Positions 1-8,539 of a DNA stretch of 20,000 nucleotides are shown here, one piece after another. Source of the DNA: an uncultured virus (IMG/VR IMGVR_UViG_3300025470_000021) (lineage: Duplodnaviria > Heunggongvirae > Uroviricota > Caudoviricetes); the IMG/VR virus record IMGVR_UViG_3300025470_000021; one strand, written 5' to 3'. The translations under genes were made by a program, and so were the position numbers. The notes beneath the pieces are model-generated. The model saw nothing but the letters and a program-made list of their open reading frames with translations, did not search any database and was not told the origin of the DNA. Within the stretch, counting starts at the first letter, position 1. Each line of letters opens with the position of its first letter.

Positions 1-2
1 CC

Positions 3-305
3 ATGTGTAATCGTTGTTTATACGTTAAATACACACGACCACTTGTAGAACAAAAAACTAAAGAAATTCATGAATATCAGGTAAAAAAAGGATGTGCAGA
101 TTGTGGATACAACGCTCATCCTGCAGCCTTAGAATTTGATCATCTTGTTGGTTTTGAAAAGAAATTCAATATAGGTGAACAAGTAGGTAATTACAGTCGT
201 GAAAAACTGTGGGAAGAAATAGCAAAGTGTGAAGTGGTATGCGCCAATTGCCACGCCATACGAACGGCAAACCGTCGTAATCGAGTAGAGATTGAGGTGA
301 TCTGA
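3..305 (+). CDS. HNH endonuclease (actinophage type), probably 5'-truncated by the window edge
   Basis: CxxCG...LEFDH...KC.VVCANCH.IRT pattern; paralogous to 12284-12751. Confidence 0.85.
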   Translation: MCNRCLYVKYTRPLVEQKTKEIHEYQVKKGCADCGYNAHPAALEFDHLVGFEKKFNIGEQVGNYSREKLWEEIAKCEVVCANCHAIRTANRRNRVEIEVI

Positions 306-839
306 TGGCTGGAGGCTATAACAACTTCTCGCCACAGCAGAACTGGCAGTCCCTTGGTGCTGGCGGTATGTACGGTTACAACAATCAAACTGGCGCAGGA
401 ACTCCCGTTGCACGGGACAGTTTGGATCAGTCACGCATTGGCGTGGGCCGTATTCCATCTGCGGAATATCCCTGACGGCTACCTCGGAACGATACGATCC
501 CGTCGAGATGATCGTCTTCTTGATTCAATCAAGAATCGTGTTAATCAGAAATCATACCAACGCGGTGTTCACAAAGGTGAGCGCATTGAGCCATCTATGT
601 ATTTTTGGCCTGACTCTGTCAACATGGATAGCGGTCTTAAGCGCCAAATGAAAGCCAAACTTGTTGACATCGATGGCGGTATGGTATTTCGTGTTCCAAG
701 GGCTGCACCACAAACCCAGTTGGCTCCTGCTCCACACCTTGTTAACGATGGTAAAGCCAACACAATGGCAGATGCACCAACTGAGATCAATGCACGCCGT
801 CAAGCGATGATGGCTTACTTGAGACCTGCGTGGGCATAA
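305..839 (+). CDS. Hypothetical phage protein (~177 aa) interrupted by a +1 frameshift at CCC-TGA (470-475)
   Basis: ATG at 305 overlaps the HNH stop (TGATG); 56 codons MAGGYNN...SAEYP then TGA; the +1 frame continues PDGYLGTIRSRRDD... to the stop at 839. Confidence 0.65.
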
Positions 840-840
840 C

Positions 841-1476
841 ATGGCTATGTTTGGTGTAAACCCACACGGTCGTTGGGATAAGAACCTTGCACAGGAGCAG
901 TTCCAAGCGCATGTAGGAAACATCATGAATAAATACCGTGAAGCATCTCCAGAAATGTTAAAAGGAGGTAATGAGTGGTATCAACGCGCTAATGATATTG
1001 CAAATACTTTAGGTAAAGGGAATGTAGAAAAAGGCGCAGGAGTTATTGCAGCACTTTCACCTCAAATGGGTTGGGGTCGCAATGTTGACATGGCAAAAGA
1101 GTTATTTCAGCACGGCACTGCTTCACACACAGAAGATAACTTAAACAAAGCACTACGAATTCATGCAGGAGAAAATCCACGAGACGTACTTGGTGGACAT
1201 AAAGTTCGTAGTTTTTATGAAAACATTGTAAACCCAGAAAATCCAGACCCAGTAACTATTGATAGGCATGCTCACGACCTTGCTCTTGGATTACCATTTA
1301 AAGGATCAGGTGGCGGAACTCAAGGAGAAGCAGGAACAAACCCAGGATTAGGTGCTGTTGGTCGTTACAACCATTTTGTACATGCATACAAAAACGCTTC
1401 TAAAGAACTAGGTATTGACATACCAAATAGACTTCAAGCCGTTACTTGGGTAACTCACCGAGGAGCAATCGGATGA
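841..1476 (+). CDS. Conserved phage protein, possible helix-hairpin-helix DNA glycosylase-like fold
   Basis: WY..A, AALSPQ..W..N, GHKVRSFYENI, VTIDRHA (resembles the VDxH motif of HhH-GPD enzymes), QAVTW. Confidence 0.55.
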   Translation: MAMFGVNPHGRWDKNLAQEQFQAHVGNIMNKYREASPEMLKGGNEWYQRANDIANTLGKGNVEKGAGVIAALSPQMGWGRNVDMAKELFQHGTASHTEDNLNKALRIHAGENPRDVLGGHKVRSFYENIVNPENPDPVTIDRHAHDLALGLPFKGSGGGTQGEAGTNPGLGAVGRYNHFVHAYKNASKELGIDIPNRLQAVTWVTHRGAIG

Positions 1477-1835
1477 CACAATCATTTGACGGCAACTACG
1501 ACTACACCAAGCCATGGCGTGCACCTATTCAACCTGATCAGGTTGCAAAAAAGTGGTCGTACAACGGCCCATGGTCAACCAACATGGAGCGCCTTACTTC
1601 TCAGGCACTCATGGTTGCAACCATTCCAGGAGCCGATATTCAAGCAATGGTTCGCCCACCACTTCCACAGATTCAACTATTTCCAGAGCGTTTTGGGTAC
1701 GGCCCAAGTGTTCAACCTGGAATTGAGGATGTAGTAAGCGTAGATCGCAACTATCATGAGCCTAGAGTTTCTTGGTACTCAGGATCTCCTGCTGGCTACT
1801 CAGGTAGCAGCCGTAACGATTTGGGGACTAACTAA
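1473..1835 (+). CDS. Hypothetical protein (120 aa)
   Basis: AGGAG at 1461-1465; ATG at 1473 overlaps the upstream stop (ATGA), preferred over the 1446 start in the ORF track. Confidence 0.75.
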   Translation: MTQSFDGNYDYTKPWRAPIQPDQVAKKWSYNGPWSTNMERLTSQALMVATIPGADIQAMVRPPLPQIQLFPERFGYGPSVQPGIEDVVSVDRNYHEPRVSWYSGSPAGYSGSSRNDLGTN

Positions 1836-2035
1836 TGTTTGATGGCGACGGCGCTGAGACAATGGAACTGCAGGCTAAAAAAGTTATGCAGAATGCCATG
1901 GAATACCGTGGATCTGCTCCATGTCCAACCTGTGGAGTCATTATGAACCCAGTAGAATTTATGTATAACCAAGGTAAATGTCTTAACTGCTTGACCCAAC
2001 AAAAGGCAAGCCGAATCAAAGGAAAGATGGTCTAA
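1835..2035 (+). CDS. Small Zn-ribbon protein
   Basis: CPTCG...CLNC; TAATG coupling. Confidence 0.75.
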   Translation: MFDGDGAETMELQAKKVMQNAMEYRGSAPCPTCGVIMNPVEFMYNQGKCLNCLTQQKASRIKGKMV

Positions 2036-2036
2036 C

Positions 2037-2243
2037 ATGGCAGTTAACTCCTCACGCTCAATGAACCAGTCACTCGATGAGGGTGCAACTGACGGCAAGT
2101 ACCGCAAGGCTCGCCCAAACACTGAAGTCATTCCAGGACTTGGTAACGAAGAGACTATGCGCAACCGCGAAGCGCTACACCCATTCTCAGGTTACGGGTT
2201 TATTACCTCTGAGATGCCTAACAAAGTAAATCCAGGTAAGTAA
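2037..2243 (+). CDS. Hypothetical protein (68 aa)
   Basis: Tightly packed in the operon, 1 nt after the previous stop. Confidence 0.7.
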   Translation: MAVNSSRSMNQSLDEGATDGKYRKARPNTEVIPGLGNEETMRNREALHPFSGYGFITSEMPNKVNPGK

Positions 2244-2245
2244 TC

Positions 2246-2473
2246 ATGGCAGTCACAGCCGTACCAGATCGCGGAGATAACCCAAAGCGTAAGATTAACT
2301 TTTATCACGCTAGTGGCGATTACAGCCATAGCGCTGATGTTCGTTGGTTAAACCCTAAAGGATATCGTTCAGGACGTCCTCACGGCTCAGAGTTAAAAAA
2401 ACACATGCCACACATGGGTGGATGGGCAATGCCTGAGTACGATAACAACCCAAAAGCGCCAAAGAACGATTAG
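2246..2473 (+). CDS. Hypothetical protein (75 aa)
   Basis: Operon packing; CAGGT upstream of the ATG. Confidence 0.65.
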   Translation: MAVTAVPDRGDNPKRKINFYHASGDYSHSADVRWLNPKGYRSGRPHGSELKKHMPHMGGWAMPEYDNNPKAPKND

Positions 2474-2484
2474 TTTAACCCCAC

Positions 2485-2501
2485 AGCCCTTTTAGGGTTT
2501 T
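2485..2501 (+). terminator. Possible weak intrinsic terminator
   Basis: AGCCCT-TTT-AGGGTT hairpin running into a T-run after the 2473 stop. Confidence 0.3.
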
Positions 2502-2539
2502 ATAGGTTTGTCTCCTAGCACTAATAAGGAGAACCTATG
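2501..2539 (+). promoter_or_regulatory. Hairpin sequestering the RBS and start codon of the 2537 ORF
   Basis: ATAGGT-(TTG)-TCTCCT pairs with AGGAGA-ACCTAT. Confidence 0.5.
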
Positions 2540-3085
2540 AGCGACATCCCAGTCCTTGGCGAAAAAAAGCCAGCAGCAAATGAGCCTATGTTTCGTTTGC
2601 TCTACTGTCTTGTCTGTCAGACTCTGGAAGAATTACCGCCCTATGAAGGTCCGACAGAGTTAGATCATCTCCTAGCAGTAGCATGTGAACTACACGTATT
2701 CCCATCAGGTGAGCCTCATAAGGGCAAATTATTTGTCCTTCCTCTTAGAGTCTGGGCATCTCGTGAATCAAAGCGAGAGATCATCAAGCAGATCAAAGGC
2801 GGAGGATCAGCAGGACTTGCAGAGTTTGATGAATCATTTTATGACTCACGCTCTACCTTCATGGAAGGTGCAATGGAGTGCTACAACAAGCACAATAAGC
2901 CCAAAGAAGGTTGCTCGGATTGGCATGCAAAAGATCGTTTGCTTATTCCAAAAACGCAAAAAGAAAGAAAAGCAGAAGGTATGGGAAGTTACCTTGATGC
3001 ACCAGGACCAAAGACCTATCTATGCGATTTTTGTCCTGTAGCCATCGGTGTAGCACAGCGCAAGCAAAAGTTGATGGGAAAGTAA
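2537..3085 (+). CDS. Cys/His-rich hypothetical (probably Zn-binding) protein
   Basis: AAGGAG RBS; CLVC, CELH, CYNKH, CDFCP motifs. Confidence 0.8.
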   Translation: MSDIPVLGEKKPAANEPMFRLLYCLVCQTLEELPPYEGPTELDHLLAVACELHVFPSGEPHKGKLFVLPLRVWASRESKREIIKQIKGGGSAGLAEFDESFYDSRSTFMEGAMECYNKHNKPKEGCSDWHAKDRLLIPKTQKERKAEGMGSYLDAPGPKTYLCDFCPVAIGVAQRKQKLMGK

Positions 3086-3361
3086 ATGGCTCAAGCAATC
3101 TACACAGTCACTATTAATGACGACAGTTCAATCACCACTGTCTCGCAGGCTGCTGGTGAAGGGGTTGCTCGACAAGCAACCACCTTTGACATTTATCAAT
3201 CTAGTAAAGAACTTGTTTCAGAGATAGATAACCAACTTTTGGCTGAACGAGTTGCCAAATTGGTCTTAAATGGAATCCGCCCAACAGATCCCAGTGCAGA
3301 AATACGGGCAAAAATCATAGATGCATTAAGCGATAGAGGCATAGAACCTACTCAAAACTAA
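3086..3361 (+). CDS. Hypothetical protein (91 aa)
   Basis: Abuts the previous stop; plausible protein composition. Confidence 0.75.
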   Translation: MAQAIYTVTINDDSSITTVSQAAGEGVARQATTFDIYQSSKELVSEIDNQLLAERVAKLVLNGIRPTDPSAEIRAKIIDALSDRGIEPTQN

Positions 3362-3373
3362 TAGACTTAGGGC

Positions 3374-4312
3374 ATGAATCGCTCTGATGGTCTCGACAGG
3401 TTTGCTCAACCTATCAGTCTAGAAGGCAGAGCCACATCCTATTTTTCTAGCCCTGAGCAGGATTTAGATCCTCGTCTCTTTTCTGGCAACCAACTCAAGG
3501 GCTGGGTTCGTTCTGGGTTGATGCAACTCCTCTTTGACTTCTTACATGAGAAGTACCGTCATGCTGATCTTTGGGCACATGTATGGATTGCAGGTTCGGG
3601 TGTTTCATACCAGTGGTCTGCTGCTCGCGAACCAGGCGATCTTGATGTGTTGATTGGTGTTAACTACATCCAATTCCGTAAAGCCAACCCTGAGTATCTT
3701 GGACTTGGTGATACAGAGATTAGCCAGATGCTCAATGAAGATTTTCGTACATACCTGCAACCAGAGACAGAGAACTGGAATGGGTTTGAAGTTACTTTTT
3801 ATGTAAATCCTGGCGCTACAGACATCACATCAATTAATCCATATGCAGCATACGACCTTACTCATAACGAGTGGACCGTTCACCCACAACAACAGAGCGC
3901 ACCATACAAGCCTGTATGGGAAGCAATGGCTCAGCGTGATCGTAATATTGCATCAGAGATTGTCACTCGTTACTCAAAGGCGCTTGCTGATTTGCATGGT
4001 GCCCAGAATGATGCAGCACGCAGAAATGCAGAGTCACGATTGCAAGCATCACTTTCACAAGGCTCAGCGCTGTTTGAAGACATCCACCAAGCACGTAAGT
4101 TTGCATTTAGTCAGACAGGTGAAGGCTATTCTGATTTTTATAACTACCGCTGGCAGGCTGGTAAAAAATACGGCACAGTACCAGCGTTGCGCCAGATGCA
4201 TGATTACCTTCAAGCATACAAAGAAGGAAACGCAGAAGAAAACTATGGCGTTCAATTACCAGATACTCAGACACTCATTCGTAGAGCGGCGACATACAGA
4301 GCAAAAGGATAA
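3374..4312 (+). CDS. Pol-beta superfamily nucleotidyltransferase
   Basis: hxGS...(x)n...GDLDVLI signature (IAGSGVSYQW...PGDLDVLIGV). Confidence 0.75.
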   Translation: MNRSDGLDRFAQPISLEGRATSYFSSPEQDLDPRLFSGNQLKGWVRSGLMQLLFDFLHEKYRHADLWAHVWIAGSGVSYQWSAAREPGDLDVLIGVNYIQFRKANPEYLGLGDTEISQMLNEDFRTYLQPETENWNGFEVTFYVNPGATDITSINPYAAYDLTHNEWTVHPQQQSAPYKPVWEAMAQRDRNIASEIVTRYSKALADLHGAQNDAARRNAESRLQASLSQGSALFEDIHQARKFAFSQTGEGYSDFYNYRWQAGKKYGTVPALRQMHDYLQAYKEGNAEENYGVQLPDTQTLIRRAATYRAKG

Positions 4313-4315
4313 ACG

Positions 4316-4807
4316 GTGAACATACTACTATCACTAGACGGGGTATTAAGTTCTGACACAGGAGAACCAATCAGAGCAGGAGTAGCAATCTACTACGCTC
4401 TTAATAACGGTAACCGTGTCTCTCTCCTTACCTCACGCACTAAAGCCGATGCAGAGCAATGGCTATTTAGTCATGGAATTATTGGCTATGACGATCTTAT
4501 CTGTGACGATGTGCACCTAGAGGGCGATGATCTTAAGCGCCGTCAATTTAAGTTACTACGTAGCCAAGCACCTGTAGAGTTCTATGTAGACTCAGACCCA
4601 GCCATGTGTGCATGGGTATTTGAACAACAGCGTGTTGCCACTCTTCTATTCTCACATCCGTCATACGCTAAGATCGAAAACCGCCCCGATGCTCCTAAGC
4701 CATATCGAACGTGGGCAGAGATTGAAGAAGCAGTCAACCGAGCCAACATTGCTCGCTCTGTAGACCGCTTACGCCCAGATACCAAGATTGGCGAGTACTC
4801 TGACTAA
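4316..4807 (+). CDS. HAD-superfamily (PNKP-phosphatase-like) protein with a degenerate motif I
   Basis: ILLSLDGVL (vs DxDGxL), LLTSR motif II, K, YVDSD motif IV; GTG start after AAGGA. Confidence 0.65.
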   Translation: MNILLSLDGVLSSDTGEPIRAGVAIYYALNNGNRVSLLTSRTKADAEQWLFSHGIIGYDDLICDDVHLEGDDLKRRQFKLLRSQAPVEFYVDSDPAMCAWVFEQQRVATLLFSHPSYAKIENRPDAPKPYRTWAEIEEAVNRANIARSVDRLRPDTKIGEYSD

Positions 4808-6308
4808 GATCATATTTTCAGGAGCCGAGGTAGGCTCTAACCGCACGCTCTTAGAAGGTATGAAAGTTGAGTCGATGGGACTCAACTTCTGGGGTCTCCG
4901 TAAGCGTGGGTTGCCAAAGACTAAGATTTGGCTGATTAGTGAACACTTTACCCCAGAGACTCAGGTCATCATTGAGTCAGGGGCAGCACAAGCGGACAAG
5001 GCTGGGCTATCACGACAGGAACTGCTTTCCCTAGCCGCTGAGTACCAAGAGTTCCTCGTCAACAACGCAGATCGCGCCTTAGCCTTCCACGAGTTTGACT
5101 CCCAAGTACTAGGTAAAGAGTGGATAGAAGCGCAGCGCCCCTTCTTTGAGAACGACCCAAAGTTATGGGTAGTCTGGCATGAGTCCTACGGCATAAGTAA
5201 CTTGCGAGAACTGGCGGGCCGCTATCCCAACATACTTATACCCAACGCCGCGATAGAGGCTGTCACCAATCTATCGGGAGTGACTCGTGGTCTTGCACGC
5301 CAGACAGGAACCACCTTTCACGCCCTCGGATGTGCCAAGCCAGACAACCTAAGGCAGATACCATTTGGCTCAGCGAGCACATTGTCATGGCTATCACCGA
5401 TGCGCAGAGGCGAGACGATCGTCTGGGATGGCAAGCAGATCAAGCGATACCCCAAGCGCATGAAAGACCAAGCACGCATCCGTTATAAGACGGTTGTCGA
5501 GCGTGCTGGGCTAGACTATTCTGAGTTTGTTAAAGATAGTACCCTCGAATCGACTAGAGTTGCAGTCTGGTCATACCTACAGATGGAGTCCGCTATGGAG
5601 AAGAAACCGCCTAACTTCCACATCATTGATGGGGGTAAAAAGGACATAGTATCTGATAACAGCGATGACCTGTATACGGGGCTAATGATGGAATTAGGGG
5701 GTGACCCTTCTGATAACAGTGGTGCAGAAGGGAGGAAAGTGGAGCGTGCAGAAGTCGTAGAACGCGCCCCAGAAGAGATGCAAAATCTCCCAGTGTTTGG
5801 CTTCAAGACTAAGACAATCGTAGAGAGAGGCGATGACGGCAAGGATGTCCTTAAGGATGTTCCTGTCGTTCACACGCAACAGGCAAGCCTTCGTCAGTGC
5901 GATACCTGCTTCGTTGCAAGCAACTGCCCAGCCTTCAAGCCACAGAATCAGTGCGCATTTAACCTGCCTGTTGAGGTAAAAACCAAAGATCAACTCAAGG
6001 CGTTACTCACTGCAATTATTGAAATGCAGGGGCAAAGAGTGGCTTTTATGCGTTTTGCAGAGGAAATGAACGGTGGTTACGCAGATCCAAATCTCTCGCA
6101 AGAGATCGATCGCTTGCTCAAGTTAGTGGGCAATGTCAACGAGATGGATCAGAATAAAGAGTTCATCCAAATCACGGCAAGCCGTCAATCTTCGGGTGGT
6201 GTACTCTCTGCAATCTTCGGAGATCGCGCCCAAGCACTGAAAGAGTTGCCAGAGACACTCAAGGAAGAGTCAGTCACTAAGATCATTCAGCAATCTATTG
6301 AAGATTAG
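4788..6308 (+). CDS. TGT/DpdA-like barrel fused to a C-terminal Cys-cluster/helical domain (start uncertain)
   Basis: IIESGA (cf. DSGA), FHALG (cf. HxxG), PFGSASTLSW (cf. S.DS.SW); C-terminal CxxCx5CPxFx5C. Confidence 0.5.
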   Translation: MASTLTKIIFSGAEVGSNRTLLEGMKVESMGLNFWGLRKRGLPKTKIWLISEHFTPETQVIIESGAAQADKAGLSRQELLSLAAEYQEFLVNNADRALAFHEFDSQVLGKEWIEAQRPFFENDPKLWVVWHESYGISNLRELAGRYPNILIPNAAIEAVTNLSGVTRGLARQTGTTFHALGCAKPDNLRQIPFGSASTLSWLSPMRRGETIVWDGKQIKRYPKRMKDQARIRYKTVVERAGLDYSEFVKDSTLESTRVAVWSYLQMESAMEKKPPNFHIIDGGKKDIVSDNSDDLYTGLMMELGGDPSDNSGAEGRKVERAEVVERAPEEMQNLPVFGFKTKTIVERGDDGKDVLKDVPVVHTQQASLRQCDTCFVASNCPAFKPQNQCAFNLPVEVKTKDQLKALLTAIIEMQGQRVAFMRFAEEMNGGYADPNLSQEIDRLLKLVGNVNEMDQNKEFIQITASRQSSGGVLSAIFGDRAQALKELPETLKEESVTKIIQQSIED

Positions 6309-6324
6309 TAGTATCTGATAACAG
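5647..6324 (+). repeat. 16-bp exact repeat TAGTATCTGATAACAG (5647-5662, 6309-6324) plus a 12-bp partial copy (5709-5720)
   Basis: Direct reading of the sequence. Confidence 0.8.
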
Positions 6325-6480
6325 TCAATTATTAGATTGAAACTGGGTAGTCGTTTACCCTTTTGTCCCAGCACTTGTCAAACTTGCTTCTTAACAGGTG
6401 CGTGATAGGTTTCGTTACCTCACAATAGGGTACTCAAAATAAGTAGGGTATTTCATCAAGTAGAGAAATAGGGTATATCA

Positions 6481-8529
6481 ATGTCATTATTTTCATTCAA
6501 GTTGGCTGACGACTTTGTTGCTCCGTACAAGGCAAAGAAGGCTCCATTTGGATACCAAGATGCAGCAGGAAACTCGGTAGGAGAGATCACATTCTTACGC
6601 ACCTATTCCCGTAAAAAGGCAGATGGTACGAAAGAGACATGGGTCGATGTTTGCGAGCGAGTCATCAACGGCATGTACTCACTCCAGAAAGACCACGCCA
6701 AGAGCCAGCGTCTTCCATGGTCTGATGCCAAGGCTGCATCCTCTGCCAAGGAAGCATTCGACCGCCTGTGGAACCTCAAGTGGACACCACCAGGACGTGG
6801 CTTGTGGGTCATGGGTACACCGCTCGTCAACGAGCAACGCAACTCAGCAGCACTACAGAATTGTGCCTTCGTATCAACAGGTTCAATGACCAAGACAGAC
6901 CCAGCAAAGCCATTCGCATTTCTCATGGAAGCATCAATGCTCGGTGTGGGCGTTGGGTTCGATGACAAAGGAGCAGACAAGGAGTTCAAGATCTATGCGC
7001 CAGAAGAAGACAGTACCGCTTATGTCATCCCAGACACACGAGAGGGATGGGTCGAATCAACCGCTGCCCTCCTCAATAGTTACCTTAAGCCAGATACGAA
7101 GAAGCCTGTCTTTGATTACTCGGTCATCCGACCAGCAGGAGAACCCATCAAGATCTTTGGTGGAACCGCAGCAGGTCCAGACCCACTAATCAGACTTCAT
7201 ACATTGATCATCAAGATGTTTGCGGGCCGTGCTGGTGAGTTACTTACTCGCCGTGACATCGCTGACATCGGAAACATGATTGGTGTCTGTGTTGTCTCTG
7301 GAAACGTTCGTCGTTCAGCAGAACTATTGATGGGTCGTCTTGATGACAAGGACTTCCTTAATCTTAAAAACTATGAAGTCTATCCAGAGCGTAACTTCTA
7401 TGACCCAACAGGTAAAGATTCTGGTTGGGGATGGATGTCCAACAACAGCGTCGAAGTATCTGTTGGTCAGGATTTAACTCCAGCCATTGAGGGTATCGCC
7501 CGTAATGGTGAGCCTGGAGTTATCTGGATGGATGTATCTCGCAAATATGGTCGTCTAGCAGATCCAGAGAACAACAAGGACTGGCGTATCTCTGGCTACA
7601 ACCCATGTGCTGAGCAGTCTCTTGAGTCATACGAGTGCTGTACTTTGGTTGAGACCTACTTGAACCGCCATACAGACATCGAGGATTACAAGCGCACACT
7701 TAAGTTTGCGTACCTCTATGCAAAGACTGTAACTCTTCTTCCAACACACTGGCAAGAAACGAACGCCATCATGCAGCGCAATCGCCGTATCGGTACATCG
7801 ATGTCTGGTGTTGCTAACTTCGCTGACAACAATGGTTGGTCAGAACTTCGTACATGGATGGATGAAGGTTACAAAGTAATCCAGAGTTACGATAAGACCT
7901 ACTCTGAATGGCTAGGTATTCGTGAGTCAATCAAGACCACAACTATCAAGCCATCAGGAACAGTCTCAATCCTTGCTGGTGAAAGCCCAGGAGTTCACTG
8001 GACTGTTGGTGGTCAATACTTCTACCGCACCATTCGTTTTGCTAACTCTGATCCAATGTTGCCTCTCTTTAAATTGGCTAACTACCGAGTAGAGCCTGCT
8101 GCATCAGACCCAACATCAACATCTGTCGTCTACTTCCCAATCAAGAGCAATGCTCGTCGTAGCGAACAGGATGTATCGATCTACGAGAAAATGGCACTTG
8201 CTGCAACCGCCCAAAGATATTGGTCAGATAATTCTGTTTCAGTAACAGTCTCATTTGATCCAAATACAGAGGCTTCGGCTATTGGTACGGCTTTGCATAT
8301 GTACGATGGACAACTAAAGACTGTCTCATTCCTGCCTATGGACAATGGCTCATACGAGCAGATGCCTTACACCCAGATCACTGAGGAAGAGTATGAGAAT
8401 GAAGGAACGATGAAGTTGTTCCCTATCGATCTTGCTGGTGTCTATGCTGGTATGGCTGCTGATGCTATTGGTGAGGCTTACTGCACTACCGATGCCTGTG
8501 AAGTGAAGTTGATCAAAGACAATCAGTAA
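6481..8529 (+). CDS. nrdJ: Class II adenosylcobalamin-dependent ribonucleotide reductase (monomeric RTPR type)
   Basis: PPGRGLW, ALQNC, GNVRRSA, NPCAEQSLE, TTIKPSGTVS, WSDNSVSVT, C-terminal CTTDAC. Confidence 0.96.
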   Translation: MSLFSFKLADDFVAPYKAKKAPFGYQDAAGNSVGEITFLRTYSRKKADGTKETWVDVCERVINGMYSLQKDHAKSQRLPWSDAKAASSAKEAFDRLWNLKWTPPGRGLWVMGTPLVNEQRNSAALQNCAFVSTGSMTKTDPAKPFAFLMEASMLGVGVGFDDKGADKEFKIYAPEEDSTAYVIPDTREGWVESTAALLNSYLKPDTKKPVFDYSVIRPAGEPIKIFGGTAAGPDPLIRLHTLIIKMFAGRAGELLTRRDIADIGNMIGVCVVSGNVRRSAELLMGRLDDKDFLNLKNYEVYPERNFYDPTGKDSGWGWMSNNSVEVSVGQDLTPAIEGIARNGEPGVIWMDVSRKYGRLADPENNKDWRISGYNPCAEQSLESYECCTLVETYLNRHTDIEDYKRTLKFAYLYAKTVTLLPTHWQETNAIMQRNRRIGTSMSGVANFADNNGWSELRTWMDEGYKVIQSYDKTYSEWLGIRESIKTTTIKPSGTVSILAGESPGVHWTVGGQYFYRTIRFANSDPMLPLFKLANYRVEPAASDPTSTSVVYFPIKSNARRSEQDVSIYEKMALAATAQRYWSDNSVSVTVSFDPNTEASAIGTALHMYDGQLKTVSFLPMDNGSYEQMPYTQITEEEYENEGTMKLFPIDLAGVYAGMAADAIGEAYCTTDACEVKLIKDNQ

Positions 8530-8539
8530 AAAGTAAAGA

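Noticed and set aside
354..470. N-terminal part of the 354-839 ORF as listed in the track
   Set aside because: No RBS and implausible sequence; the coupled ORF from 305 in another frame is the better N-terminus
6309..6480. Cobalamin riboswitch upstream of the B12-dependent nrdJ
   Set aside because: No recognisable B12-box or GGGAA core motifs; the region is AT-rich and short
6481..8529. Intein or intron in nrdJ
   Set aside because: Length and motif spacing fit an uninterrupted monomeric RNR; no intein terminal motifs
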